DNA of 64,000 nucleotides from assembly GCA_013239625.1 (NCBI GenBank), contig MU053493.1, forward strand, positions 124,001 through 188,000, given 5' to 3'. Position numbers and translations under genes: made by a program. Positions 37,471 to 50,670 of the stretch are shown here, in pieces. Source of the DNA: Lama guanicoe. Lineage: Eukaryota. The notes under the pieces were generated by a model. It worked only from the letters and a program-made list of their open reading frames with translations, was not told the origin of the DNA and did no database searches. Positions within the stretch are counted from its first letter, which is position 1; every line of letters starts with the position of its first letter.

Positions 37471-37855
37471 AAAAAAAAAAAAAAAAAAAANNNNNNNNNN
37501 NNNNNNNNNNNNNNNNNNNNNNNNNNNNNNNNNNNNNNNNNNNNNNNNNNNNNNNNNNNNNNNNNNNNNNNNNNNNNNNNNNNNNNNNNNNNNNNNNNNN
37601 NNNNNNNNNNNNNNNNNNNNNNNNNNNNNNNNNNNNNNNNNNNNNNNNNNNNNNNNNNNNNNNNNNNNNNNNNNNNNAAAAAAAAAAAAAAAGACATGTG
37701 GCAAGAGACATAAAGTGTGATAAACAAGATTTTTTATTAGTGAAGTTAAAAAGAAAAAAACGTGAAAGATAGCACACTCCAAAAAATTGGAAAAAGGCCA
37801 AAGAGAGTAAAAATGGAACCATTCATTAGTTTTCCCTGTATTATATACTTGTTCA
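33116..37855 (-). mobile_element. Deleted gamma-like (class I) ERV provirus: 3'LTR ~33116-33453, env tail, pol, pro, gag, partial 5'LTR from ~37364
   Basis: Protease FLDTGATYSVL; RT IDLKDAFF and LQHVDDLLIC; env-end QQEVVRA; PPT agaggggttaa before the LTR; the two LTRs share gttctta(a/g)tcac and ttagtgaagt...acactcc. Confidence 0.85.
37491..37677. other. Assembly gap (187 N) flanked by poly-A
   Basis: N run; A tracts at 37412-37490 and 37678-37692. Confidence 1.
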
Positions 37856-39744
37856 TTTTTTTCTTTTCTTTCAGTTTTTTTTATTGAGTTATAGTCATTT
37901 TACAATGTTGTGTCAAATTTCAGTGTAGAGCAAAATTTTTACTTATGCCTAAACATATATATAATCATTGTCACTTTTTTTTCAGCTGGGAGCTAACACC
38001 AGATTTTGTATATATTACCATGTGATACATAGTATAATCTTATTTATCTATTCTACATTTTGAAATCCCAGTCCGTCCCTTCCAAACACACGCCCCATTG
38101 ACAACCACAAGTTTGAATTCTGTGTATATCAGACTAATTCTGTTTTCTTATTTCGTATATTTCTCTTTCTTTTTTTCCCTTAGTTTCCACATATGATTGA
38201 TCACATATGGTATTTTTATTTCATCCGCTGGTTTATTTCATACACAATAATGATCTGCAGGTAAATCAATGTTGCTGCAAATTGTGTTATATTTTCAGTT
38301 TTATAGCTGAATAGAATACCATTATATAAATATACCACATCTTCTTTATCCAGTCAGCTGTTGATGGACATTTAGGCTCTTTCCATATCTTAGCTATTGT
38401 AAATAATGCTGCTGTGAATATTTGGGTGCAGGTGCCATCCTGAAGTAGGGTTCCTTCTGGATATAAGCCAGGAGTGGGATTCCTGGGTCATAAGGTCAGT
38501 CTATTTCTAGTCTTTTGAGGAATCTCCATACAGTTTTCCACAGTGGCTGCACCAAACTCAATACTCACTGGCAGTGTAGGATGGTTCCCTTTCATTCACA
38601 GCCTCTCCAACATTTGCCACTTGTGGCTTTTTGAATGATGGCCATTCTGACTGGTGTGAGATGATACCTCATTGTAGTTTTGATTTTCATTTCTCTGATA
38701 ATTAGTGAAATTGGGCATTTTTTCGTGTGTCTATTGATCATTTGTATGTCTTCCTTGGAGGATTGCTTGTTTAGGTCTTCTGCCTGTTTTTGGATTGGGT
38801 TGTTTATTTTCTTCTTAGTGAGTCATATGAACTACTTCTATATTCTGGAGATCAAGCCTTTGTTGGTTTCATTTGCAAAATTTTTTTTCACATTCCGTCG
38901 TTTATCTTTCTGTTTTCCTTAAGGTTTCATTTGCTGTGCAGAAGCTTATAAGTTTCATTCGGTCCCATTTGTTTATTCTTGCTTTTATTTCTATTGCTTC
39001 GGTAGACTGCCATAGGAGAACATTTTTGAGATGGATGTCAGATAATGTTTTGCCTATATTTTCTTCAAGGAGGTTTATGGTATCTTGTCTTATGTTTAAG
39101 TCTTTGATCCATTTTCAGTTGATGTTTGTGTATGTTGTAAGGGAGTGTTCTATCTTCACTGATTTACATGCTGCTGTCCAGTTTTCCCAACACCATTTGC
39201 TGAAGAGACTGTCTTTATTCCATTGTATATTCTTGCCTCCTTTGTCAAAGATTAGTTGACCAAAAGTTTGTGGGTTCATTTCTGGGCTCTCATTCTGTTC
39301 CATTGGTCTATATGTCTGTTTTGGTATCAATACCATGCTGTCTTGAAGACTATAGCTCTATAGTATTGTCTGAAGTCTGGGAGAGTTATTCCTCCAGCCT
39401 CTTTCTTTCTCTTCAGTAATGCTTTGGCAATTCCAGGTCTTTGATTGTTCCATATAAATTTTATTATGGTTTGTTCTTGTTCTGTGAACTATGTCCTGGG
39501 TAATTGGATAGGGATTGCATTAAATCTGTAGATCGCCTTGGGCAGTGTGACAATTTTGACAATATTGATTCTTCCAATCCAAGAGCATGGGACAACTTTC
39601 AAATTTTTAAAGTATTATTTAATTTCCTTCATCAATGGTTTATAGTTTTTGTGTATAATTCTCTCACGTCCTTGGTTAGATTTATTCCTAGGTATTTTAT
39701 TACTTTGGGTGCTCTTTTAAAGGGGATTGTTTCTTACTTTCTTT
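37856..39744 (-). mobile_element. L1 3' portion
   Basis: Poly-T, 3'UTR, ORF2 C-terminus ([28 protein letters not shown]). Confidence 0.92.
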
Positions 39745-39926
39745 TTCTTTTTTTTTAAATTTTTTATTGGTTTATAATCATTTTACAATGTTGTGTTAAA
39801 TTCCAGTGTTCAGCACAATTTTTCAGTAATTCATGGACATATACACACTCATTGTCACTTATTTTTCTCTGTGATTTATCATAACATTTTGTGTATATCT
39901 CCCTGTGCTATACAGTGTAATCTTGT

Positions 39927-40333
39927 ATAAACAAGATTTTTTATTAGTGAAGTTAAAAAGAAAAAAACGTGAAAGATAGCACACTCCAAAAAATTGGAAA
40001 AAGGCCAAAGAGAGTAAAAATGGAACCATTCATTAGTTTTCCCTGTATTATATACTTGTTCATTTTTTTCTTTTCTTTCAGTTTTTTTTATTGAGTTATA
40101 GTCATTTTACAATGTTGTGTCAAATTTCAGTGTAGAGCAAAATTTTTACTTATGCCTAAACATATATATAATCATTGTCACTTTTTTTTCAGCTGGGAGC
40201 TAACACCAGATTTTGTATATATTACCATGTGATACATAGTATAATCTTATTTATCTATTCTACATTTTGAAATCCCAGTCCGTCCCTTCCAAACACACGC
40301 CCCATTGACAACCACAAGTTTGAATTCTGTGTA
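39927..40333 (+). repeat. Exact 407-bp direct copy of 37720-38126
   Basis: Base-by-base reading found no mismatch. Confidence 0.9.
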
Positions 40334-42195
40334 AGAACATTGGGGTGCAGGTGTCATCCTGAAGTAGATTTCCTTCTGGATACAAGCCCAGGAGTGGGAT
40401 TCCTGGGTCATATGGTAAGTCTATTCCTTGTCTTTTGAGGAATCTCCACAGTTTTCCACAGTGGCTGCACTAAACGGCATTCCCACCAGCAGTGTAGGAG
40501 GGTTCCCCTTTCTCCACAGCCTCTCCAGCATTTGTCATTTGTGGATTTTTGAATGATGGCCATTCTGACTGGTGTGAGGTGATACCTCATTGTAGTTTTG
40601 ATTTTCATTTCTCTGATAATTAGTGATATTGAGCATTTTTTCATGTGCTTTTTGATCATTTGTATGTCTTCCTTGGAGAATTGCTTGTTTAGGTCTTCTG
40701 CCCATTTTTGGATTGGGTTGTTTATTTTATTTTTTTTTTGAGTTGCATGAGCTGCTTATATATTCTGGAGATCAAGCCTTTGTCAGTTTCACTTGCAAAA
40801 ATTTTCTCCCATTCCGCAGGTTTTCTTCTTGTTTTACTTGTTGTTTCCTTTGCTGTGCAGAAGCTTGTAAGTTTCATTAGGTCCCAATTGTTTATTCTTC
40901 TTCTATTTCTTCTAGGAGAAAATTTTTGAAATGTATGTCAGATAATGTTTTGCCTATTTTTTCCTTTAGGAGGTTTATTGTATCTTGTCTTATCTTTAAG
41001 TCTTTGATGTATTTTGAGTTAATTTTTGTATGTGGTGTAAGGGAGTGTTCTAACTTCATTGCTTTACATGCTGCTGTCCAGTTTTCCCAACACCATTTGC
41101 TGAAGAGACTGTCTTTATTCCATTGTATATTCTTGCCTCCTTTGTCAAAGATTAGTTGACCAAAATTTTGTGGGTTCATTTCTGGGCTCTCTATTCTGTT
41201 CCATTGGTCTATTTGTCTGTTTTGGTACCAATACCATGCTGTCTTGATGACTGTAGCTCTATAGTATTGTCTGAAGTCTGGGAGAGTTATTCCTCCAGCC
41301 TCTTTGTTTCTCTTCAGTAATGCTTTGGCAATTCCAGGTCTTTGATGGTTCCATATAAATTTTATTATGATTTGTTCTAGTTCTGTGAAATATGTCCTGG
41401 GTAATTGGATAGGGATTGCATTAAATCTGTAGATTGCCTTGGGCATTGTGACCATTTTAACAATATTGATTCTTCCAATCCAAGAGCATGGAATATCTTT
41501 CCATTTTTTAAAGTCTTCTTTAATTTCCTTCATCAACATCAATGGTTTATAGTTTTCTGTGTATAATTCTTCCACCTCCTTGGTTAGATTTATTCCCAGA
41601 TATTTTATTACTTTGGTTGCTTTTACTTTCTTTTTTCTGTTGATTAATCATTTGTGTAAAGAAATTCAACTGATTTTTGAATGTTAATCTTGTAACCTAC
41701 TACCTTGCTGAACTCTTCGATCAGCTCTTGTAGTTTTTGTGTGGACCTTTTAAGGTTTTCTGTATATAGTAGCATGTCATCGGCATATAGTGACACTTTT
41801 ACTTCTTGTTTTCCAATTTGGATCACTTTTATTTCTCTTGCCTGATTGCTGTGGCTAGGGCTCCCAAGCCTTTGTTGAATAGGAGTGGTGATAGTGTGCA
41901 GCCTTGTCTTGTCCCAGATTTCAGTGGAAAGATTTTGAGTTTTTCACTGTTGAGTACTATGTTGCCTGTAGGTTTGTCATATATAGCTTTTATGATGCCG
42001 AGATATCTTCCCTCTATACCCAGTTTGGTGAGAATTTTTATCATAAATGGGTGTTGAATTTTATCAAATGTTTTTTTCTCCATCTATTGAGATGATCATG
42101 TGGTTTTGGCCCTTTTTCTTGTTGATGTGATATATTACATTGATTGATTTGCATATGTTGAAGCACCCCTGTGTCCCTGGGATGAACCGCACTTA

Positions 42196-42291
<96 letters not shown>

Positions 42292-42821
42292 CTAATTTTC
42301 TTTCTTGATAGTTTCTTTGCCTGGTCTTGGTATCAGGTGATGGTGGCTTCATAGAATAAGTTTGGGAGTATTACCTCGTTTTAAATCTTGTGGAAGCATT
42401 TGAGAATGACTGGTATGATTTGTTGTTTGTATGTTTGATGAAATTTCACGGTGAAACCGTCCAGTCCTGGACTTTTACTTGTTGGAAGGCTTTTTATTTC
42501 TAATTTGATTTCATTTCTAGTAATCAGTTTGTTCAAGTGGTCAGTTCCTTCTTGGTTCAGTCTTGGAGCACTCTATGTTTCCAGAAATCTGTCCACTGCC
42601 TTTAGGTTTTCCATTTTGGTTCATAAAATTTTTCATAATATTCTTGTATGATATTCTGTATTTTTAGTTAATTTGTTGTAGTTTCTCAATTTTTCTTTCT
42701 TATTTTGCTAATTTGTGCTCTCTCTTTTTTCTTCTTTGTGAGTTTGGCCGGAGATTTGTTGATTTTATTTACTTTTTCAGAAAAACAGCTATTATTTTGA
42801 TTGATGTTTTCCTATGGTTTT

Positions 42822-43226
42822 TTTTTAACATTTTTTATTGATTTATAATCATTTTACAATGTTGTGTCAAATTCCAGTGTTCAGCACAATTTTTCAGTCA
42901 TTCATGAACATATACACACTCATTGTCACATTTTTTTCTCCGTGATTTATCATAACATTTTGTGTATATTTCCCTGTGCTATACAGTGTAATCTTGTTTA
43001 TCTATTCTACAATTTTGAAATCCCAGTCTATCCCTTCCCACCCTCTACCCCCCTGGTAACCACAAGTCTGTATTCTCTGTCCATGAGTCTTTAGATTCCA
43101 CATATGAGCGATCTCATATGGTATTTTTCTTTCTCTTTCTGGCTTACTTCACTTGCAGTGACATTCTCTAGGAGCATCCATGTTGCTGCAAATGGTGTTA
43201 TGTTGTCGGTTTTTATGGCTGAGTAG
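42822..43226 (-). mobile_element. Short 5'-truncated L1 nested in an L1
   Basis: Poly-T plus 3'UTR; TSD tatggtttt at 42813 and 43227. Confidence 0.85.
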
Positions 43227-44565
43227 TATGGTTTTCTAAATCTCAATTTTATTTATTTCCTCCCTTATCTTTATAATTTCCTTCCTTCTGATGCCATTTG
43301 TGGTTTATTGCTGTTCTTCTTCTAATTCTTTTAGCTGGTGGGTTAAATTGTTTATTTGAAGTTGTTCTTCTTTTTTGAAGAAGGTCTGTACTACTATAAA
43401 CTTCCCTCTTAGCACTGCCTTTTCTGTGTCCCACTAATTTTGTGTGGTTGTGTTTTCATTTTCATTTGTATCAAGGTATTTTTTAATTTCAACTTTGATT
43501 TCATCATTAATCCTCTGGTTTTTTAACACCATGTTGCTTAATCTCCATTCTTTCCTTTTTTCTTCTTTATTTCTCTGTAGTTGATTTCTATTTTAATGGC
43601 ATTGTGGTCAGTAAAGATGCTTGAGATAATTTCTATCTTCTTAAAATTGTTGAGGTTTCTTTTGTGCCCAAGTACATGATCAATCTTAGGTAATGTTCCG
43701 TGTGCACTTGAAAAGAATACATATCCTTTTTTGGGGGGTTGTAATGCTCTCAAAATATCCACCGAATCTAATTTTTCTATTGTATCATTTAATTTCTCTG
43801 TTGCCTTATTTATTTTCTGTCTGGAAGATCTCTCTAGTGATGTTAGTGTGATGTTAAAATCTCTGACATTGGTTGTATTCCCATCAATATCCCCTTTATC
43901 TTTTTTAGTAATTGTTTTATGTACTTAGATGCTCCTATATTAGCTGCATATATATTAATGAGTGTAATATCCTCATTTTGTACTACTCCTTAAGCAGTAT
44001 ATAATGTCCTTCTTTATCTTTCTTTATGGCCTTTGTTTTAAAGTCTATTTTGTCTGAAATCAGTACTGCTACACCTGATGTTTTGGCTTTTCCATTTGCA
44101 TGAAATATGTTTTTCCATTCTTTCACTGTCAACCTATATGTGTCCTTCTCCCCACAGTGGATCTCTTGTATGCAGCATATTGAAGATTCTTGCTTTATTA
44201 TCCAGTCTGCCACTCTATGTCTTTTGACTGGAGCATTTAGTCCATTAACTTTTACAGTAATTAATGATAGATGAGTGTTTATTGCCATTTTGAACTTATA
44301 TTTAAAGTTGATTGGTTATTTCCTCTTTGTTCCTTTCTTCTTCCTTTTGTGTTTTGGTAATTTTCGTTTGTATTATCATGGATTTTTTTGTGACTCACTT
44401 GTAAGTTTTTAGCTTTTGATTACCCTTTCTGTAAGTCTATTCACCCATTAATATAGCTGTTTTTATTAAACTGATTGTAATATAATCTAAAATCCATTCT
44501 ACTGATAAACAGAAATTACAAAAAAAAGAATTACTCTGTATTTTCTTGTCCTCTCTCTCACTCTT

Positions 44566-45912
44566 TTTACTTTATACATTTTTAATTTATTTATAATAAT
44601 TTTACAGTGCTTTGCCAAATTCCAGTGTAGAGTACAATTTTTCAGTTATACATGAACCTATATATAGTCATTGGTAACGTTTTTCTCTCTGTTAGCTACC
44701 ATAAGGTCTTGTTTATATTTCCCTTTGTTATACAGTATAATCTTGTTTATCTAGTCTGCATTTTGAAATTCCAATGTGTCCCATCCCACCCCCACCCCCG
44801 TGGCAACCACAAGTTTGTATTCTATGTCTATAAGCATGTTTCTGTTTTGTATTTATTTATTTATTTATTTAGATGCCACATATGAGTGATCTCATATGGT
44901 ATTTTTCTTTCCCTTTCTGCCTTACTTCACTTAGAATGATATTCTCCAGAAACATCCTTATTGCTGCAAGTGGCATTATGTTGTCAGTTTTTATGGCTGA
45001 ATAGTATTCCACTTTATAAACATACCACAACTTCTTTATCTAGTCATCTGCTGATGGACATTTAGGCTGTTTCCATGTCTTATTGTAAATAGTGCTGCTA
45101 TTAACATCGGGGTGCAGGCGTCATTTTGAAGTAGGATTCTTTCTTGATAGATGCCCAGGAGTGGGATTCCTGGGTCATATGGTAAGTCTATCCCTAGTCT
45201 TTTGAGGACTCTCCATAATGTTTTCCACAGTGGCTGTACCAACCTGCACAGTCTCTCTAGCAAGTGGTGTTGGGAAAACTGGACAGCAGCATGTATATCA
45301 ATGAAACTAGAACACTCCCTTACACCATATACAAAAATAAACTCAAAATACATCAAAGACTTAAACATAAGAGAAGATACAATATACCTCCTAGAAGAAA
45401 ATATAGTCAAAACATTGTCTGACATACATCTCAAAAATATTCTCCTAGGACAGTCTATCCAAGCAATAGAAGTAAAGCATGAATAAAGAAATGTGACCTA
45501 ACTAAACTTAGAAGCTTCTGCACAGGAAAGGAAACCATAAGTAAACAAAAAAGACAACCTATGGTATTGGAGAAAATATTTGCAAATGAAACTGACAAAA
45601 GCTTGATCTCCAGAATATAGAAGCAGCTCATACATCTTAATATGAAAAAAAAAAACTGACCCAATCCAAAAATGTGCAGAAGGCCTAAAAAAGCTTTTCT
45701 AAAGGAAGAAATACAAATGTTTCATAGACACTTTAAGAAATGCTAAATATCACTAATTATCAGAGAAATGCAAATAAAAATTACAGTGAGATATCACTTC
45801 ACACCAGTCAGAATGGCCATCATTCAAAAATCCACAAATGACAAATGCTGGAGAGGCTGTGGAGGAAAAGGGACCCTCCTACACTGCTAGTGGGAATGCA
45901 GTTTCGTATACC
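44566..45912 (-). mobile_element. 5'-inverted L1 nested in the L1 inter-ORF spacer
   Basis: Minus 44566-45248, plus ~45249-45910; TSD ctctctcactctt at 44553 and 45913. Confidence 0.9.
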
Positions 45913-48900
45913 CTCTCTCACTCTTAATGGTTTAGATGTCTTCTTTTACAATTTCATGTTTATTTTATTTGTAATTCATGAGTTATCACTTTTTCAGTTG
46001 TGAGTTTCCTATTTCTGTAGCATAGTGCTGCTTTTCTATTTAGAGTAGAGCTTTCAATATTTCTTTTAGCATGGGTTTAGTGTTACTAAACTCATTTCGT
46101 TTTTGCTTGTCTGTGAAATTCTCTATCTCTCCTTCTTTCCTAAAGGATAACCTTGCTGGATAAATTATCCTCGGCTGCATCTTTTGTTTTCATTCAGGAC
46201 TTTGAATATATCTTGCCACTCCCTTCTGGCCTATAGTGTTTGTGTAGAGAAATAAGCTGAGAGCCTTATGGGGGTTCCCTTGTAACTCACTCTTCGCTTT
46301 TCTCTTGCCACTTTTAGGACCATTTCTTTATCCTTGATTCTTGCCATCTTGATTATGATGTCTTGGTGTGGGTCTATTTGGATTCATCTTGTTTGGGACT
46401 CTGTGAGCTTCTTGTACTTGGATATCTGATTCCTTCTTTATGTTTAGGAAGTTTCCACTCACGATTTCTTCAAATACCTTTGCAATCCCCTTTGATATTT
46501 CTTTCTGTCTGGAACTGTATCATGCTTAGATTGCATGCTTTATATTATCCCATATGTCCCTTATGTTGTTTTCATATGTTTTTATTCATTTATCTCTCAG
46601 CTGTACTGATTGGGTGCTTTCTGTTGTCCTGTCTTCTAGATCACTTATGTGTTCCTCTGCATTATCTCATCTGCTTTGCACAGCCTTTAGATCAGTTCTC
46701 ATCTCAGCCAATGAGTTTATCAATTCTACTTAGCTCTTCTTTATAGCTTCCATTTCATTTTTTACATATTTTATATATCTAAACACTATCTCTTTTAGTT
46801 CCTTCAGTACTTTGATCACTCCTTTTTTGAAATCTTGATCTAATAGGCTTTCAATGTCTATTTCATTGATCATCTTTTCAGGGGATTTCTCTTGTTCTTT
46901 TAATTTGGAATGGTTTCTCTGTTTCTTCTTCTTGCTGCTATCTCTCTGGTACTGTTCCTTATGGAATATCAGTCATCTATTATGGCCCTTAAGGAGTTTA
47001 TTTATTTATCTATCTAACGCCTATGTAAGAATAAAATTTGAAAAGATAAAGAGAGAAAGAATTTTACAAGAAAGGAGAAATGAAGATTCAAAAACACTTA
47101 TAATCAATTATAGAAGAAGAATTTGAATCAGACTAGCAATCGAGTTGAGAGGTCTTTTTAAAAACTCTTGAAAAAAGGAAAAAAATCAAAAAACATTTGA
47201 AACCTCTGTATAATCAGTAACAGGCGATCAAAACCAAGAGAAATGAAAAAGAAATCATGTGGATTTTTAAAAATAATAATAACTACTTAAAGAAAAATTT
47301 TAAAGGAATTAAAACTAGAATAATATACAATTGTTTAGAAAGTAGAATTTTAAAAGGTAATAGAAAATACAACAGATAAGGAAGATAAAATAGATAATTT
47401 TAAAAGATGTGAGGAAAAAGTTTGAAAACAGTGTATAATGAATAAAGAACAGCAAGTTGAAGCAGAATAGCAATCGGTTGAGATGTCTTTTAAAAACCTT
47501 TAAAAAAGGAGAAAAGAGGAAAAAAATTTGATACCATGTATAGTCAATAATAGGAGATCAAAACCAAGAGAAATATAACTGAAATGACGTGGATTTTTTA
47601 AAAATAATAATAATAAATTTTTTTTTAAATTTAAAAGGGATTAAAACTGGAAGCATATATAATTGTTTAAAAAGCAAAAATTAATAAGGTAATAGAAAAT
47701 AGAACAGGTAAAAACAGATTTTTTTTAAAAAGGGTGGAGACCATGTGGTCTTAATGAGAAAGTTTTCCGTCTTTGCCCTGTTTTGCCAACTCGTCTTGCT
47801 GTTTCCAAAGGCCCTCCATTGGCGCCCTTGTCTGTGCTGCTCCCAGTGCCTGTCAGCAAGCAGATCATGCTCCCTCCAAATGCTGGGTCAGGTGCAGCTC
47901 TCCTTCGCTGTGGACGGGCGGGTCATTCCCCCTCCCGATGCCGCAGTCAGATGTTCCAGACTAGCAAGATAGGAGGGCTGATCATGACCCCTCCCAGCAT
48001 CGCAGTCATGTGCTGCATTCCTGCGTGGAAGGCGGGTGGCTACCCGCCCTCTCCTGTCATTCCGTAGCTCTGTGCTACTGTATGTTCCTCCTCGGGTCCG
48101 TGCTGTGTAGGAGGACTGGGGAAGACTGTAGAACAGCCCTGCCCCTGCTCTGTGCCAAGTCTCAGCTCCCTGTTTGTCTTGGCCGCATGTGTTCTCTGAG
48201 GTACCTGGGAAGAGAGTTCCTATCTACCTTGGGCTGTAGACAAGTCTCCGTCTGGCCTTTGAGGCTGCTAAGCCCTTAGGTGTGTATTTAGGTTTCAACC
48301 TCACCCCTGCCTCAGTGCTAAGCCCTAAAGGTTATGGCGTCTGTGCTTTAGCCCCACCTCTATTCACCTGAAAACCTTCCGTTAGTTTTCAGAGATGGGG
48401 TTATGCACCCTTTCCACCAGGGCACATCAGTCGAGTTGTTTTATGGAGGGCCCAGGTTGTTCTTCCCTATGTACCCACTCAACCACAGCGTGCAGCACCC
48501 TGACATCCCCAGGTGCTGCCGCAGTGCAGCTGCCCCAGTCCTCCTCCTGGCTCAGGCAGCCTGGCATGGCCCCCAGCTGCTGGCTCACGTCTCAGGCTGG
48601 GTATCGCAGGGACCCTCTCTGGCCATTTAACTTAGTTCTGTCAGTCAAGGGGTGCTCCATACAGGTCTGCACCTCAGAGGCTCCTCCTCTGTCCTGCTGG
48701 CCGTTGGAGAGGGGGAGACCCAGTGAATGAGAGCTAGTCTTCCTTTGCCACTCCATCCCCGCAGGACCAGTCCCACACTGTTTTGCCTTTTCTTCTTTCT
48801 TTTTTTCCTTTTTTCCTACCAGATTTTTGGTGTCCTTGTCTTTTGAAGAGGGTGATGTTCTGTCGGAGTTCTGCCGGTGCCGTGGATGGCTGAGTGGGTC

Positions 48901-48979
48901 CGTGGATGTGAGTGTTGGTGTATTTGTGGGAGAGAGTGAGCTATGAGCATCTTATTACTCCTCCGCCATCTTGGCCTGT

Positions 48980-50670
48980 TGAACTACCTATCTATCTGCA
49001 TCACTTTAAACATATTATGCCACTGCCTTCTGGCCTGTTGAGTTCTTCTGAAATGAAGCTGGTAACCTTGTTGGAGTTCCCTTGTATCTTATTTGCTACT
49101 TTTTTTTTTGCTAATTTTAATATTTTCTCCTTATCCTTAATTACTGTCAATTTGATGGCTATGTGCCTTGGTGTGTTCCTCTTTGGGTTGATTCTGTCTC
49201 GTACTCTCTGTGCTTCCAGGACATGGGTGACTATTTCCTTTCCCAAGTTGGGGAAGTTTTTGGTTAGTATCTCAAAAAAATTTCTCAGATCCTTTCTCTC
49301 TCTCTCCTCTTTCTGGGACCTTTATAATGTGAATATTAGAGCACTACATGTTGTCCCATCATTCTCTTAAACTATCCTCATTCCTTTGTATTCTTTTTTT
49401 CTTTTTTCCTCTTCTGAAGTAGTGATATTCACAATCTGTCTTCTAGTTTACTGATCCATTCTTCTGCCTCATTTAGTCTATTCTTGGTTCCTTCTAGTGT
49501 ATTGTTCATTTCAGTGATTTTATCCTTCAACTCTGTTTGGATATTCTTTATATTTTCCAACTCTTTGCTAAAAACTTGACTCTGTGCATCTATACATCTC
49601 TTGAGTTCTCTAACATCTTGGCCATCATTACTTTAAACTCTTTGTCAGATAAATTTACCTATCTCATCATCACTTATTTCTTCTTCTGGAATTTTACCTT
49701 GTGCCTTGGCCTGGGAGCTATTCCTTTGCCGCTTCATACTGTGTGTCTTTCTATGTATTTGTAGATTCCTTCCAAAGAATTTGGCTTGATTGTTTTCTTA
49801 TTTCTGGTATCTGCCCCTGATGGATGAGGCTGGAAAAGAGACTTATACAGGGTTCCTGGCAGGAGGAGCAGGTGCCTGCCCACTGCTGTGTGAAGCTTGG
49901 TCCTGGACCTCTGTTGCATAGGGCTGTGTCTAGAGGCCTTTGTGAGTTAGGAAGTCTGATGATGAGTGTGGCTTTTTTCCCAGTCTGTATGTTGTTTGGC
50001 CTGAGGCTTCCCTACAGGCTGTTGAGTGGGGCTAGGTCTTGGAGCTAATGATCCAATCAAGATGGAGCCTCCAGGAAAGCTTATTTAGATTAGCAGTCCT
50101 GGAATGTCAGCCACCAGTTTTATGTCCCCTGAGTGAGCAACAGCAGTCCCCCTTGTCCCCAGGAGACCCTCCAAATCCAGCAGGAAGGTCTGGCACAGGT
50201 TCCTCTGAAATCACTGCCTCTGCCCTTGGACCTGGTGCACATGAGTTTTGATGTTTGCTTTTCAAGCTAATGGAGTCTGTTTCCCCCTGTCCTGTGGGGC
50301 TTTTGGAGCCAAGCACGCCTGGCCTTAAAAGTCAGATGTCCTTATATGTTTCTCTTCCTAATGCTGGAACTCAAGCTGGGGAGACTGACATGGGGCTTTG
50401 AGCTCTCACTCCTGTGGGAGGGCCTCTGTGACTTAACAAATCTTCACCTTGTGGGTCACCCACCTGGGAGGTATGGGGCTCAATTATATCATAAGCACAC
50501 CCGTCATACAATCCTGCTGTGGTTCCCTCTTTATGTTTTCAGTTGCAGAAAATATTTTTTGCTAGCCCTTTTTCTATGCTTGTTTAGCATTCAGTCCTGG
50601 TTTCATTGTAGTCACGAGTAGAGGTGAGCTTATGGTCCTACCGCTCCACCATCTTGACCAGAACCTTCCC
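48980..50670 (-). mobile_element. Older L1 5'UTR + ORF1 (paralogue of 23426-24445)
   Basis: ORF1 peptide EAQRVRDRINPKRNTPRHIAIKL; right flank atttgggtccattttc at 50671. Confidence 0.85.

Noticed and set aside
37402..37822. Poly-Phe ORFs
   Set aside because: Artefacts of poly-A and the N gap
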